A stretch of 64,000 nucleotides of DNA from Rhodothermales bacterium (GTDB lineage Bacteria > Bacteroidota > Rhodothermia > Rhodothermales > Bin80), in assembly GCA_965116685.1 (NCBI GenBank), contig OZ220707.1, positions 1,811,655-1,875,654 on the forward strand. The letters run 5' to 3'. Below the pieces are notes generated by a model, which made no database searches, was not told where the DNA came from, and saw only the letters and a program-made list of their open reading frames with translations. The position numbers and the translations under genes were made by a program. This document shows, in pieces, positions 1 through 9,512 of this stretch; positions within the stretch are counted from its first letter, which is position 1, and each line of letters starts with the position of its first letter.

Positions 1-1
1 C

Positions 2-997
2 TCGCCATCAATCCGCCATTTTTATCAAATGCCGGTCACGGGCGGGGAGCGTGAGCGACTGACCACATTGCCCGGCCGAAATGCAGCGGTGATCGCACCG
101 GATGAAGAGATGCTTGGCGTTCTGAATTCAATTCAGACACGTCCGCCCGAGGTGTTTGTGCAGGCACCCATGGAAGAGGAAACCCGGATTACCCACTCAC
201 AGACCGAAACCTGGCTTGCGTATTCCTGGCGTGCACCGGAAACGCGTCACTTCGAAGCCTCTGACGGGGTCATGGTCCCTGCTCATGTCTTTGAACCAGT
301 TGAGCCGAATGGTGCTGCAGTCCTCTTCGTGCATGGGGCAGGTTACATGCAGAATGTCCACGATGGGTGGTCCAGCTACTACCGCGAATACATGTTCCAC
401 AACCTCCTGGCAGATCTTGGCTATGTGGTCATGCAGGTTGACTATCGGGCCTCCGCGGGATATGGCCGGGACTGGCGCACAGCGATCTACCGCCATATGG
501 GAGGACGCGATCTGCAAGACTATGTGGATGCGTCGCGGTATATCACGGAGACCTATGGCATTGGCCCTGACCATATCGGGATCTATGGAGGCTCTTACGG
601 CGGGTTCATTACATTGATGGCGCTCTTCACAGAGCCGGAGTACTTTGGTGCCGGAGCAGCCCTGAGGAGTGTGACGGACTGGGCGCATTACAATCACACG
701 TACACCTCCAATATTTTGAATACGCCAGCAACCGACTCCTTGGCGTTTGCCCGCAGCTCGCCGATCAACTTTGCGGAAGGATTGAAGGACCCGTTACTCA
801 TGCCACATGGCATGATCGACCTGAATGTGCAATTCCAGGATATTGTCCGGCTTGGTCAGCGCCTGATTGAGCTTGGCAAGGAAGACTGGGAGATTGCCCT
901 CTATCCTGTTGAAGGACACGGCTTCCAGGAGCCATCGAGCTGGACGGATGAGTACCGTCGAATCCTCAAGCTCTTTGAGACACATATTCGCCCCTAG
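2..997 (+). CDS. S9-family serine peptidase (prolyl oligopeptidase / dipeptidyl peptidase type), C-terminal alpha/beta-hydrolase part; 5-prime end off-window
   Basis: The frame is open from the window edge, with no stop upstream of the listed ATG at 29. Nucleophile elbow IYGGSYGGFITL, with downstream acidic and VEGHGF histidine motifs typical of the S9 triad. Confidence 0.8.
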   Translation, partial: SPSIRHFYQMPVTGGERERLTTLPGRNAAVIAPDEEMLGVLNSIQTRPPEVFVQAPMEEETRITHSQTETWLAYSWRAPETRHFEASDGVMVPAHVFEPVEPNGAAVLFVHGAGYMQNVHDGWSSYYREYMFHNLLADLGYVVMQVDYRASAGYGRDWRTAIYRHMGGRDLQDYVDASRYITETYGIGPDHIGIYGGSYGGFITLMALFTEPEYFGAGAALRSVTDWAHYNHTYTSNILNTPATDSLAFARSSPINFAEGLKDPLLMPHGMIDLNVQFQDIVRLGQRLIELGKEDWEIALYPVEGHGFQEPSSWTDEYRRILKLFETHIRP

Positions 998-2400
998 TGC
1001 CCCCAATTGGGGGCGCTCAGATCTAGTGGATCTGACCATCGAACACTTTCCTGTTTGAGCCGCTCGCGCAATTCGGAGAGCTTTGCTCCGTACGTAGAAT
1101 CTGTTGCTAGATTCTTCGTCTCATGCGGATCCGTATTCAGATCAAAGAGCTGTTCGGTGTAAACTCCATCCACCTGATACTGGATGTGCTTCCAACCATC
1201 TGCCGTGCGCACTCCGCGCTGAAGATCCCGGTACGCAAAAAACGCTGCCTGACGCCCCGGCAGTTGGGAGTTCTCAATCAGGGGCTGCAAGCTTTCTCCC
1301 TCAACGGTTGGGGGCAAGGAGATCTTCAGATACTCTGCAATGGTTGGGAAAATGTCGAAGATATAGACTAATTGACTGCGCCGTTCATTCGCGGGAATCC
1401 CCGGGCCTGCCATGATGAGCGGGACCCGCATGCTGTGCTCATACAGGTTTTGTTTTCCCAGAAGTCCATGACTGCCAACCGCTAGCCCGTTGTCTCCTGC
1501 CATGACAATGAGGGTATTTTCCCGTTGTCCATTTTCTTCCAGTGCAGCGATAATGCGCCCGATCTGGGCATCAAGCTCACTAATCATTCCATAGTAAAGC
1601 GCGAGTTCCTCGCGTGCGATCTGTTCGGTGCGGGGATGTTCTCGAAGCCTTTCGTCTCGAACCTGCAACTCACCATTATTGAAGGGATGCTCTGGCAAGT
1701 AATTGGTTGGCAGGGAAATCGAATCTGCATGATACCAGCTGGCATAGGGTTCCGGCGGGGTTCTTGGATCGTGTGGAGAGGTAAAGGATACATAAGCAAA
1801 AAATGGCTGGTCCGTTGTGCTGGCTTCAGCCAAAAAATCAATCGCTGCATCCGCGTAGAGCGTACTTGAGTATCCTTCGACGTTGCGGCGAGTTGTATCG
1901 GGGTAGGTGCCTGTCGAATCAAATTCATATAGCTGGGGCGCTTCGTGCCCTCCTGCACCGGGCCAATGCATGCCCCCCATGAAGATGTTGTCCCCCGCCT
2001 GGAATGCCCGTGCAAAGGAGCCGCGGTCGTTATGCCATTTTCCGGTTCCGAACGTCATGTACCCTGCCTCCGCAGACGCTTCCGGCAGCATGACATGCTC
2101 TGGTGGAATATGATCTCCTGTTCCATCTAATCGAAAGAGTGGTCGCCCGGTCATAAGCATTGCCCGACTGGGAGCGCAGAGCGCGCCATGTTGCCCTCCC
2201 ATGGTATGAGCATGAGTGAAGGCCGTCCCCCGCTGAACCAGCGCGTCCAGATTCGGCGTTCTGATTTCTTCATTCCCCAGAGCATGAATGGTATTGAATC
2301 TCTGATCATCCGTGTACAACAATAACACGTTGATTGGAGGCTCCTGTGGAGCGTTACACGCGGCGATTAGAAATAGGACAGGGATTAATTTATTTCCCAT
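994..2400 (-). CDS. Sulfatase (arylsulfatase A family), lipoprotein-type signal
   Basis: N-terminus MGNKLIPVLFLIAAC (lipobox). LLLYTDDQR metal-binding motif and CAPSRAMLMTGR (C-x-P-x-R formylglycine motif). The ORF track starts at GTG 2412; ATG 2400 is preferred. Confidence 0.85.
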   Translation of the reverse strand: MGNKLIPVLFLIAACNAPQEPPINVLLLYTDDQRFNTIHALGNEEIRTPNLDALVQRGTAFTHAHTMGGQHGALCAPSRAMLMTGRPLFRLDGTGDHIPPEHVMLPEASAEAGYMTFGTGKWHNDRGSFARAFQAGDNIFMGGMHWPGAGGHEAPQLYEFDSTGTYPDTTRRNVEGYSSTLYADAAIDFLAEASTTDQPFFAYVSFTSPHDPRTPPEPYASWYHADSISLPTNYLPEHPFNNGELQVRDERLREHPRTEQIAREELALYYGMISELDAQIGRIIAALEENGQRENTLIVMAGDNGLAVGSHGLLGKQNLYEHSMRVPLIMAGPGIPANERRSQLVYIFDIFPTIAEYLKISLPPTVEGESLQPLIENSQLPGRQAAFFAYRDLQRGVRTADGWKHIQYQVDGVYTEQLFDLNTDPHETKNLATDSTYGAKLSELRERLKQESVRWSDPLDLSAPNWGH

Positions 2401-2500
2401 GGTTACATACACCTCTGAATGGTCAGATTTAATATACGACTATCTGCTCCTATCCCGGTCTCCATGTCGTACCTTGTTCCAAAATAACACTATCTCTACC

Positions 2501-3445
2501 ATGCGAATTCAGTTGATTGTATTGCTCGGATTATTTCTTGCGGGAACGGGTACAGCACAGACCCCCTCCGCACCCCATATCGTCTTCGTAACCGGAGATG
2601 AAGAATACCGCTCGGAGGAATCTATGCCGATGTTGGCCAGGATTTTAAAGAGGGATTACGGTTTTGATGTCAGTGTCTGTTATGCGTTGAATGAGGAGGG
2701 TTTCGTTGATCCGAATGTATTGGATAATATTGAAGGGCTGGAGCAGCTTGAAAATGCAGACATGATGGTCCTCTTCACCCGGTTTCGTGCGCTCCCCGAC
2801 TCGCAGGCACATTACATCCTGAAGTTTGCCGAATCCGGGAAGCCAATGGTTGGGTTTCGTACAACCACGCACGCATTCCTGTACAAGGATGACGCGGAAA
2901 GAGAGCATCTGAACAACGACTGGCCCACACGTGTCTTTGGTCAGCAGTGGATCACTCACCACGGCCATTTTGATGATGGCGAAGCTCCATTGACCCGTGT
3001 AGAAATTGCAGAAGACCTGCAGTCGCACCCGATTCTCAGCGGCGTGACCGGATTTGATGCTTTCTCATGGCTCTACCATGTAGATGGAGGAGAGTGGGAG
3101 CTTCATGGAGACAGCGAGGTGCTTCTCAACGGCACGGCATTACAATCGAATCACGCCAATGCGGGGCGCCTGGATCAGTATCCACTTACAAACCCGGTCG
3201 CATGGACAAAGACCTACACGGGAGTAAGTGGAGTCCCTGCGAGAGTATTCTTCACAACGTTGGGACATCCGTATGATTTCAAGGACGAGATGATGCGAAA
3301 GTTCGCCTTGAATGGCATCCTGTGGGCATTAGGGCATGAGGTTCCTGATGGAGGTGCGGACACAGAACCGGTCCTTCCTTATGAACCAAATAATTCCGGC
3401 TTTGGAGACAAATTCAAACCGAATATGCGACCAGACGATCTTTAG
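2501..3445 (+). CDS. ThuA-like (trehalose-utilisation / class-I amidotransferase-like fold) secreted protein
   Basis: Signal peptide MRIQLIVLLGLFLAGTGTAQ at the internal ATG 2501. IVFVTGDEEYRSEESMP and MVLFTRF blocks resemble ThuA-domain proteins. The family call is from memory only. Confidence 0.55.
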   Translation: MRIQLIVLLGLFLAGTGTAQTPSAPHIVFVTGDEEYRSEESMPMLARILKRDYGFDVSVCYALNEEGFVDPNVLDNIEGLEQLENADMMVLFTRFRALPDSQAHYILKFAESGKPMVGFRTTTHAFLYKDDAEREHLNNDWPTRVFGQQWITHHGHFDDGEAPLTRVEIAEDLQSHPILSGVTGFDAFSWLYHVDGGEWELHGDSEVLLNGTALQSNHANAGRLDQYPLTNPVAWTKTYTGVSGVPARVFFTTLGHPYDFKDEMMRKFALNGILWALGHEVPDGGADTEPVLPYEPNNSGFGDKFKPNMRPDDL

Positions 3446-3758
3446 AGGGGAATAACCTCCGACTCAGAGCACGGCAATATATCTTCGATGGATTTAAGAC
3501 AGAATTGGGCCTGCCAAGCTTGCAAATTCAGTCGCATACTGAGACATCTTGCGCTAATTTGTCTTAGATAAAGCATCTTCACCTCAAATCCTGGTTCCCA
3601 TAATAATCACCAGTCCCACTGAATCCTGAAGCCGGTTTTTGTAAGTTTTCTCGCGTCAAGCAATTCACTCAGAGCCACGAAGTATGCGTATAATCGCAGT
3701 CTGATCACGTAGCATTGCTAAGTGGAGTCATAGCCTTGCATATAATCCAACAAATTTG

Positions 3759-5867
3759 ATGCACTTGCAAACCGACGTACAGTATACCTATGATATCCAC
3801 ATCCCCGATAGGGATATCTGGGTTCCCCAAAACCAGACCGTAACCGTAGCGGGGCGAGAAATTGCCGGGATGATTTATTTGGGCGAAAGGAACCTGTTTT
3901 GTTACAGATCTGGACTATATGCAGATTCAGTTATTGACCCCAGCTTACAGGTGGATGACCGCAGTTACTTTGACCTTGAGCATGATGAAAGGTATCACTA
4001 CCTTCCGAGATATCACAATTTTTTTTCTGATGAGCGAGCAGAATACCTCGACTGGCTCGCTAGTGATCGATCTGGATTTGATTGCTACGAATCAATCATA
4101 CGTCTTTATTTCTACGGATTGGAACGACGATTTTTTCTAGATTCTCCCGATCACCAGGAGAGGCGTGCAATCATCACAGAAGTTGAGCGATTGCTAGAAC
4201 GGTACGAGAACCTCGACGATTTCGCCCGGGCTAAGCGTGAGATGTCAAAATTTCTTTATCTAGCCCACGCAATCGTTCAGCCGCCTGATCAGATCCAGCC
4301 TCGGTTTGAAAGCATCGGCAGGGAGTTTCCAATTGATGTCCGTTTTGCAATAGGATATAGGATAAAAAATGGCCAGCCACTTAGTTCCGACTGGGTTCTT
4401 AGTTGGTATGCCACCCACCCAGACTCACCAAAATTACGTACAGCAGCACGGCGAGCCTTGCCCGAGTTTAGGGCCCTGTTTGGGCAGCTTTTCGGAAAGA
4501 AATTTCCAGATGGTCTGCCATATATTCCGCTGTATTCTTTTCTTCATTCATATTATACATCTCCCTCCTTCTCTTTCACCGTTGGGCTAAGCTCTCGTGA
4601 AGATATTCCAGACATCTCCACTAGCTTTGATGTGCTACCGAAAGGGATCAAAAAAATCATTGACGAGGCAACGAAAGCACTGAACAGGTACAGCCGATTT
4701 CTTGGAAAACAGTTTGACTGCAGAGAAGCGATTGAAGCACATACTTTACTTCCCCAAAGTCTAAGACCTCTCTTTCCCAACGCTGCAATAGAAGAGCTAA
4801 AAAAATGGTCGGAAAAGGTTGTGGAATCTGGAGGCCTTGTCCTGGTTGAACGGGTCGTTAACAACGTTGATGAGATTCCACCCCAAAACATCACAAAACA
4901 ACACCTCACTAGAGCTGCAAATACGCTGGCACTCCTTTCGATTGGTATGGTGCCAGATCCGCGTTTCGAATTACGAGGACCAAAGATGGGGCAGATTGTT
5001 GTCCTTTTCAAGTTGCCTGAGCCTACCGCAGAATTGCAAGAAGTTAGTAGTAGGTATCGGGAGGCATTCTTTTGCATCCTGGCCGGAGGGTTTGTTGCCC
5101 ATGCAGATGGCCGTATAGAAGAGAAAGAGAAAGCTACTTTAGAGGCATATGTACGCTCCGCCTTGATCACCGAGCCCGAGCGTGACCGTCTCCTTGCCAA
5201 TCTTCGATGGATCCTTTCTGAACCACCCAAACTGGCAGGGATCCGAAGGCATCTCAAACATACTTGCAAGGATGTCCCTCACAAGATGGGAAAACTAGCA
5301 CTCAGCATCGCCGCAGTAGATGGTTCAATTGAACCAGTTAAAATCAAGGCGCTCGAGAAACTCTACAAGACCATCTGCCTGCCAGTCGAAAGCATCTATT
5401 CTGATCTGCATACCCTGTCAACTCCAGGAGGACTCCGAACCATTGCGTTTTCTGCCGAAAAGGAACAGGGTTTCACGGTTCCGCCACCGAACACCAACCA
5501 GCCAGTAGTTCTGGATGAGAAGCAGATCTCTTCATTAATGGCGGAGACCGCACAGGTGTCTGCCATTCTGGGTAATATTTTCGAGGAAGAAGATGTGCAG
5601 CAAGAGTACAGTGCGGAGTTGAGCAGTTCAGAGGATGTCTTCGAGGGGCTTGATGTCAAGCATTTGGCCTTTCTACGTGAACTTCTGACACAACAGCGCT
5701 GGAAAAAAGCAGACTATGCTGCTTTGGCCGAGCGATTTCAATTGATGCAGGAAGGAGCCCTAGAAATCCTGAATGAATGGTCCTTTGAACGTTTTGAAGA
5801 CATTCTGATTGATGAAGATGCGGACTATGAACTCAACCCGAACCTTTTAATCAAATTGCATCAATGA
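3759..5867 (+). CDS. sngA: TerB-N / TerB / TerB-C multidomain protein (Shango SngA-like)
   Basis: TerB-N-like WVPQNQTVTVAGREIAGMIYLG and YLDWLASDRSG...LYFYGLERRFFLD. Two TerB-like cores, AHADGRIEEKEKATLEAY and AAVDGSIEPVKIKALEKLY. TerB-C-like VVLDEKQISSLMAETAQVSAILGNIFEEE. First gene of a tight 3-gene cassette. Confidence 0.8.
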   Translation: MHLQTDVQYTYDIHIPDRDIWVPQNQTVTVAGREIAGMIYLGERNLFCYRSGLYADSVIDPSLQVDDRSYFDLEHDERYHYLPRYHNFFSDERAEYLDWLASDRSGFDCYESIIRLYFYGLERRFFLDSPDHQERRAIITEVERLLERYENLDDFARAKREMSKFLYLAHAIVQPPDQIQPRFESIGREFPIDVRFAIGYRIKNGQPLSSDWVLSWYATHPDSPKLRTAARRALPEFRALFGQLFGKKFPDGLPYIPLYSFLHSYYTSPSFSFTVGLSSREDIPDISTSFDVLPKGIKKIIDEATKALNRYSRFLGKQFDCREAIEAHTLLPQSLRPLFPNAAIEELKKWSEKVVESGGLVLVERVVNNVDEIPPQNITKQHLTRAANTLALLSIGMVPDPRFELRGPKMGQIVVLFKLPEPTAELQEVSSRYREAFFCILAGGFVAHADGRIEEKEKATLEAYVRSALITEPERDRLLANLRWILSEPPKLAGIRRHLKHTCKDVPHKMGKLALSIAAVDGSIEPVKIKALEKLYKTICLPVESIYSDLHTLSTPGGLRTIAFSAEKEQGFTVPPPNTNQPVVLDEKQISSLMAETAQVSAILGNIFEEEDVQQEYSAELSSSEDVFEGLDVKHLAFLRELLTQQRWKKADYAALAERFQLMQEGALEILNEWSFERFEDILIDEDADYELNPNLLIKLHQ

Positions 5868-5927
5868 ACCGGTACAATCGAAATCACACTACCCATTCGT
5901 AAAATCGGAGACCCTTTCATTCAATTG

Positions 5928-7205
5928 ATGGAACAAACAAAAATCAAGCAGCGCGACCGTGATGGCATTGTACAAGCACTCAGAGCAGGAGTCGTGCCTA
6001 AATTGGGACTGAGGCATATCCAGGTTGGACGCAGACACGAAATTGGGGAGCTGGTCCGTGACCTTGACCGAAACTGTGCCGGAGGAGCAGCAATTCGTTT
6101 CATCATCGGAGAATATGGATCAGGAAAAACTTTTTTTTTGAACCTCATTCGCCTGATCGCACTTGAGAAAGGAATGGTCGTGCTGTCAGCTGACTTGTCG
6201 CCTTCCCGTCGTCTGCAGGCGACGGGCGGACAGGCACGATCCCTCTATGCCGAAATGGCAAGGAACACTTCTACGCGCACCAAGCCCAATGGCGGTGCCA
6301 TGGGATCGATCGTACAGCGCTTTGCCGGTCAAGTGGTGCGCAGAGCACAGGAACAGGGTGCGAGCCCCGAAGTTATGATCCGTGAACAGCTTGCACACCT
6401 GCAGGAACTGACCGGAGGGTACGATTTCGCGGAGGTCATTGCACGGTACTGGCAGGGGTTTGACAAAGACGACCAGCAACTCTGTTCGAATGCACTTCGC
6501 TGGCTCAGGGCTGAATACTCCACAAAAACGGAAGCACGCAAGGCATTAGGGGTGCGAACCATCATTGATGATGCGAATATTTACGACCATCTGAAGCTGT
6601 TATCTTTGTTCGTACGGGAATCTGGCTATAAAGGGATGTTGGTGTCGCTTGACGAGATGGTGAATATCTACAAACTGCCTTCTACCTGGGCTAGGAAGGG
6701 AAACTTTGAGCAGATCCTGCGAATCCTGAATGATGTACTTCAGGGAAACACCCGTTACATTAGTTTTCTCTTGGCAGGGACCCCAGAGTTTTTGATGGAT
6801 ACGCGCCGTGGCCTCTACAGCTACGAGGCCCTGCACACCAGGCTCATGGAAAATCCATTTGCTCAGGATGGGCTTATAGATATGTCTGGCCCGGTGATTC
6901 GGTTAGCAAGTCTAACGCAGGAGGACATCTTCGTACTTCTTTGTAACCTTCGCCGCGTGGTTCAGGGGGATACTCCCTCATTGCCGGATTCAGCACTCAA
7001 ATCCTTTATGGAGCATTGTTCCAAACGTATCGGAAATGCCTATTTCAGGACTCCCCGCAGTACCGTCAAGGCTTTCGTCAACCTGCTTGCGATACTTGAA
7101 CAGAATCCTCAAGTGAATTGGCAAGATCTGATTAGGTCGGTAGATTTATCCGAAAATGAGGAGCCTGATCCTTCGAACGATGAACTCTCAACCTTCAAGC
7201 TCTGA
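5928..7205 (+). CDS. sngB: P-loop ATPase, DUF2791/BrxD-like (Shango SngB-like)
   Basis: Walker A GEYGSGKTFFLNLI, Walker B-like MLVSLDEMVN, and N-terminal IVQALRAGVVPKLGLRHIQVGR typical of DUF2791-type ATPases. Starts 57 nt after sngA. Confidence 0.8.
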   Translation: MEQTKIKQRDRDGIVQALRAGVVPKLGLRHIQVGRRHEIGELVRDLDRNCAGGAAIRFIIGEYGSGKTFFLNLIRLIALEKGMVVLSADLSPSRRLQATGGQARSLYAEMARNTSTRTKPNGGAMGSIVQRFAGQVVRRAQEQGASPEVMIREQLAHLQELTGGYDFAEVIARYWQGFDKDDQQLCSNALRWLRAEYSTKTEARKALGVRTIIDDANIYDHLKLLSLFVRESGYKGMLVSLDEMVNIYKLPSTWARKGNFEQILRILNDVLQGNTRYISFLLAGTPEFLMDTRRGLYSYEALHTRLMENPFAQDGLIDMSGPVIRLASLTQEDIFVLLCNLRRVVQGDTPSLPDSALKSFMEHCSKRIGNAYFRTPRSTVKAFVNLLAILEQNPQVNWQDLIRSVDLSENEEPDPSNDELSTFKL

Positions 7206-9405
7206 GCAGTCCCAAGGATTCAACAGACTTGCCATGCCTGTGCAGCGGTGGATCTGGAATAAGGGATGGGGAACACTTTACGAGATTCAGGAGCGGGCGA
7301 TTGGAACTCTCCTGGATCGGGATAATGATGTGATTATCGCCGCTGCGACCGCCAGAGGAAAGACCGAGGCAGCCTTCTTTCCGTTGATTTCTTTAGTACT
7401 GGAAAAATCAACATCTTCAGGGTTTGACCTAGTCTATCTCAGCCCACTTAAAGCACTAATCAATGATCAATTCGGGCGCCTCGGGGAGCTCTGCCAGAAG
7501 ACCAGATTACCTGTTTATCCCTGGCATGGGGACATCTCTCTGAGTGTTAAGAAACGTGCACGAGAAAACCCAAGTGGAATTCTACTCATTACACCTGAAT
7601 CCCTTGAGGCACTATTCGTACTTCGGGGCCCTGAAATGGCGAAGCTATTCAGGGGGGTACGGGCAGTTGTTGTGGACGAATTGCACGCGTTTTTGGACAA
7701 TGAACGTGGGATGCATGTCCGCTCCCTTTTGACGCGAATGGAACTGTCGGTCGGTAATCGAATCCGAAGAGTGGGACTATCCGCCACGTTAAATGAGATG
7801 GATCTGGTACGGAAAGCTCTCCGTCCTGAAAATCCCGGCGGGATTGAGATCTTAGAAGACAATTCTTTGAATTTTTGGCTGAAGGCACAGATCCGCGGCT
7901 ATCTCAGCCGAGAAAATCAATCAAAAAACGACGACTCCCGTGATTTAGCTGCACACAGTTCCGTCGTCCGGCACCTCTTCGATAAGTTGCGTGGCAAACG
8001 AAATCTGATTTTTGCAGGATCACGTCAAAACGTTGAATCTTATGCGGACGCTTTGCGCGTACATTCAGAAAAAGAGCGTGTGCCGCTTGAATTTTTTCCG
8101 CACCATGCAAACCTTTCCCGTGAGCACCGGATAGATTTGGAGGGGCGCCTGAAAACCCATTCGGCAACGACTGCCGTCTGCACATCTACCTTGGAACTGG
8201 GTATTGATATTGGAGAGATTGAATGTGTGGCACAGATTGGTCCACCCTTTTCTGTTTCCTCGCTCAGGCAGCGACTTGGACGGTCAGGCCGGCGTGCCGG
8301 TGCTCCTGCGATTCTGCGGATGTATCAGATCGAACTTGAAGCGAATACACAATCTCACCCGCTGGACCGCCTGCACCTAGGGCTCATCCGATCCATTGCA
8401 ATCGTAGAACTCCTGCGTCAGCGCTGGTATGAGCCTCCTGTGTCGCAAGCACTTCACCTTTCGACGCTTACACATCAAATTCTCTCTGTGATTGCAGAAC
8501 ATGGAGGCAGAAGTGCCTCTCGTATTTACAAGACCCTCTGTGAGCAGGGGCCCTTCCAGTCTGTCACACGCACCCTCTTTGCACGTCTTCTGAGGCAACT
8601 TGGATCTTCGGATATGGCGTTGATTGAACAGGCACCCGACGGGACTCTGCTTCTTGGCCAAAAGGGTGAGCGAATGGTTGAACATTACAGCTTCTATGCC
8701 GTGTTTCAAACCCCGCAAGAGTACCGGATTATTGCTGAAAACAAGGATCTTGGCACTTTGCCGATTACCATGTTGATGGTGCCAGACATGGCCATCATTT
8801 TTTCCGGTCGGCGATGGCGAATTCTTGAAGTTCGTGACAGCGAAAAAATCATCAAGGTCTCTGCTGATCAGGTTGGTATACCTCCGAAGTTTTCAGGAAC
8901 CGGTGGGCTCATTCATGACCGAGTTGTTGCCGAAATGCATAAGGTGTTGACCAGCACAGGGACCCCAGAATACCTTGATGAAACTGCTGCAGAACTCCTT
9001 GAAAGTGCACGCTTTGAAATTCAAAACCTCGGGCTTGATGTGAAATTCATTCAGGCGGCCGGTAAACGGCGCTCCCTGATTGCCACATGGGTGGGCACAA
9101 TCAAAACCTCAACGCTCGCTTTAATGCTGACTACCAAGGGATACAAAGTCACGACATTCGACGGTTTTCTTGATGTTGAGTGGTCCAGAAGGATGCCTCC
9201 CGTTACAGTTGCTCTAGATGAAATTTCCTGTTCAGACTCCATTACTCCTACATCTGCAATGTTAGAGAACTCAAACCTTAGCACAGAAAAATTTCATCCA
9301 TATCTCAGTCCAGCCCTACTCATTGAGGATGCGGCCAGCAGTAGGCTTGATTTTGGTGCTCTTCCAAGATTGGCACGCAGATTGATCAACCAGCGCGGGG
9401 AATGA
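7156..9405 (+). CDS. sngC: DExH-box (Lhr-like) superfamily-2 helicase (Shango SngC-like)
   Basis: Motif I AATARGKTEAAF, motif II VVVDELHAF, motif III SATL, motif VI QRLGRSGRR. Overlaps the sngB 3-prime end. ATG 7180 is an equally plausible start. Confidence 0.85.
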   Translation: MRSLILRTMNSQPSSSEQSQGFNRLAMPVQRWIWNKGWGTLYEIQERAIGTLLDRDNDVIIAAATARGKTEAAFFPLISLVLEKSTSSGFDLVYLSPLKALINDQFGRLGELCQKTRLPVYPWHGDISLSVKKRARENPSGILLITPESLEALFVLRGPEMAKLFRGVRAVVVDELHAFLDNERGMHVRSLLTRMELSVGNRIRRVGLSATLNEMDLVRKALRPENPGGIEILEDNSLNFWLKAQIRGYLSRENQSKNDDSRDLAAHSSVVRHLFDKLRGKRNLIFAGSRQNVESYADALRVHSEKERVPLEFFPHHANLSREHRIDLEGRLKTHSATTAVCTSTLELGIDIGEIECVAQIGPPFSVSSLRQRLGRSGRRAGAPAILRMYQIELEANTQSHPLDRLHLGLIRSIAIVELLRQRWYEPPVSQALHLSTLTHQILSVIAEHGGRSASRIYKTLCEQGPFQSVTRTLFARLLRQLGSSDMALIEQAPDGTLLLGQKGERMVEHYSFYAVFQTPQEYRIIAENKDLGTLPITMLMVPDMAIIFSGRRWRILEVRDSEKIIKVSADQVGIPPKFSGTGGLIHDRVVAEMHKVLTSTGTPEYLDETAAELLESARFEIQNLGLDVKFIQAAGKRRSLIATWVGTIKTSTLALMLTTKGYKVTTFDGFLDVEWSRRMPPVTVALDEISCSDSITPTSAMLENSNLSTEKFHPYLSPALLIEDAASSRLDFGALPRLARRLINQRGE

Positions 9406-9512
9406 CCAATAGAACTCTGCACCATCCTGCTGTTTTGGGCACGATGCCAAATGATTCACCACGCGGGAAGCATCCCCTGAATACATCAGGGGAGCAAAAA
9501 TCGGCAACAGTA

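Noticed and set aside
994-997. Convergent peptidase and sulfatase genes share the palindrome CTAG as overlapping stop codons
   Set aside because: It is a real overlap but a trivial consequence of compact convergent genes. There is no functional implication.
4553-5269. 238-aa minus-strand ORF inside sngA
   Set aside because: It is antisense to a gene with clear TerB motifs. The peptide is R/S-rich and low-complexity.
6132-6140. T9 run inside the Walker A codons of sngB (GKTFFL) as a possible phase-variation tract
   Set aside because: The tract is short for efficient slippage and is dictated by the conserved K-T-F-F codons. There is no evidence of variation. It was noted only as a possible sequencing-error hotspot.
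9474-9492. Hairpin CCCCTGA-ATACA-TCAGGGG between sngC and glgA as a terminator
   Set aside because: No U-tract follows it on either strand; there is an A-run on plus, and the T-run precedes the stem on minus. It may still be a bidirectional pause site but cannot be supported.
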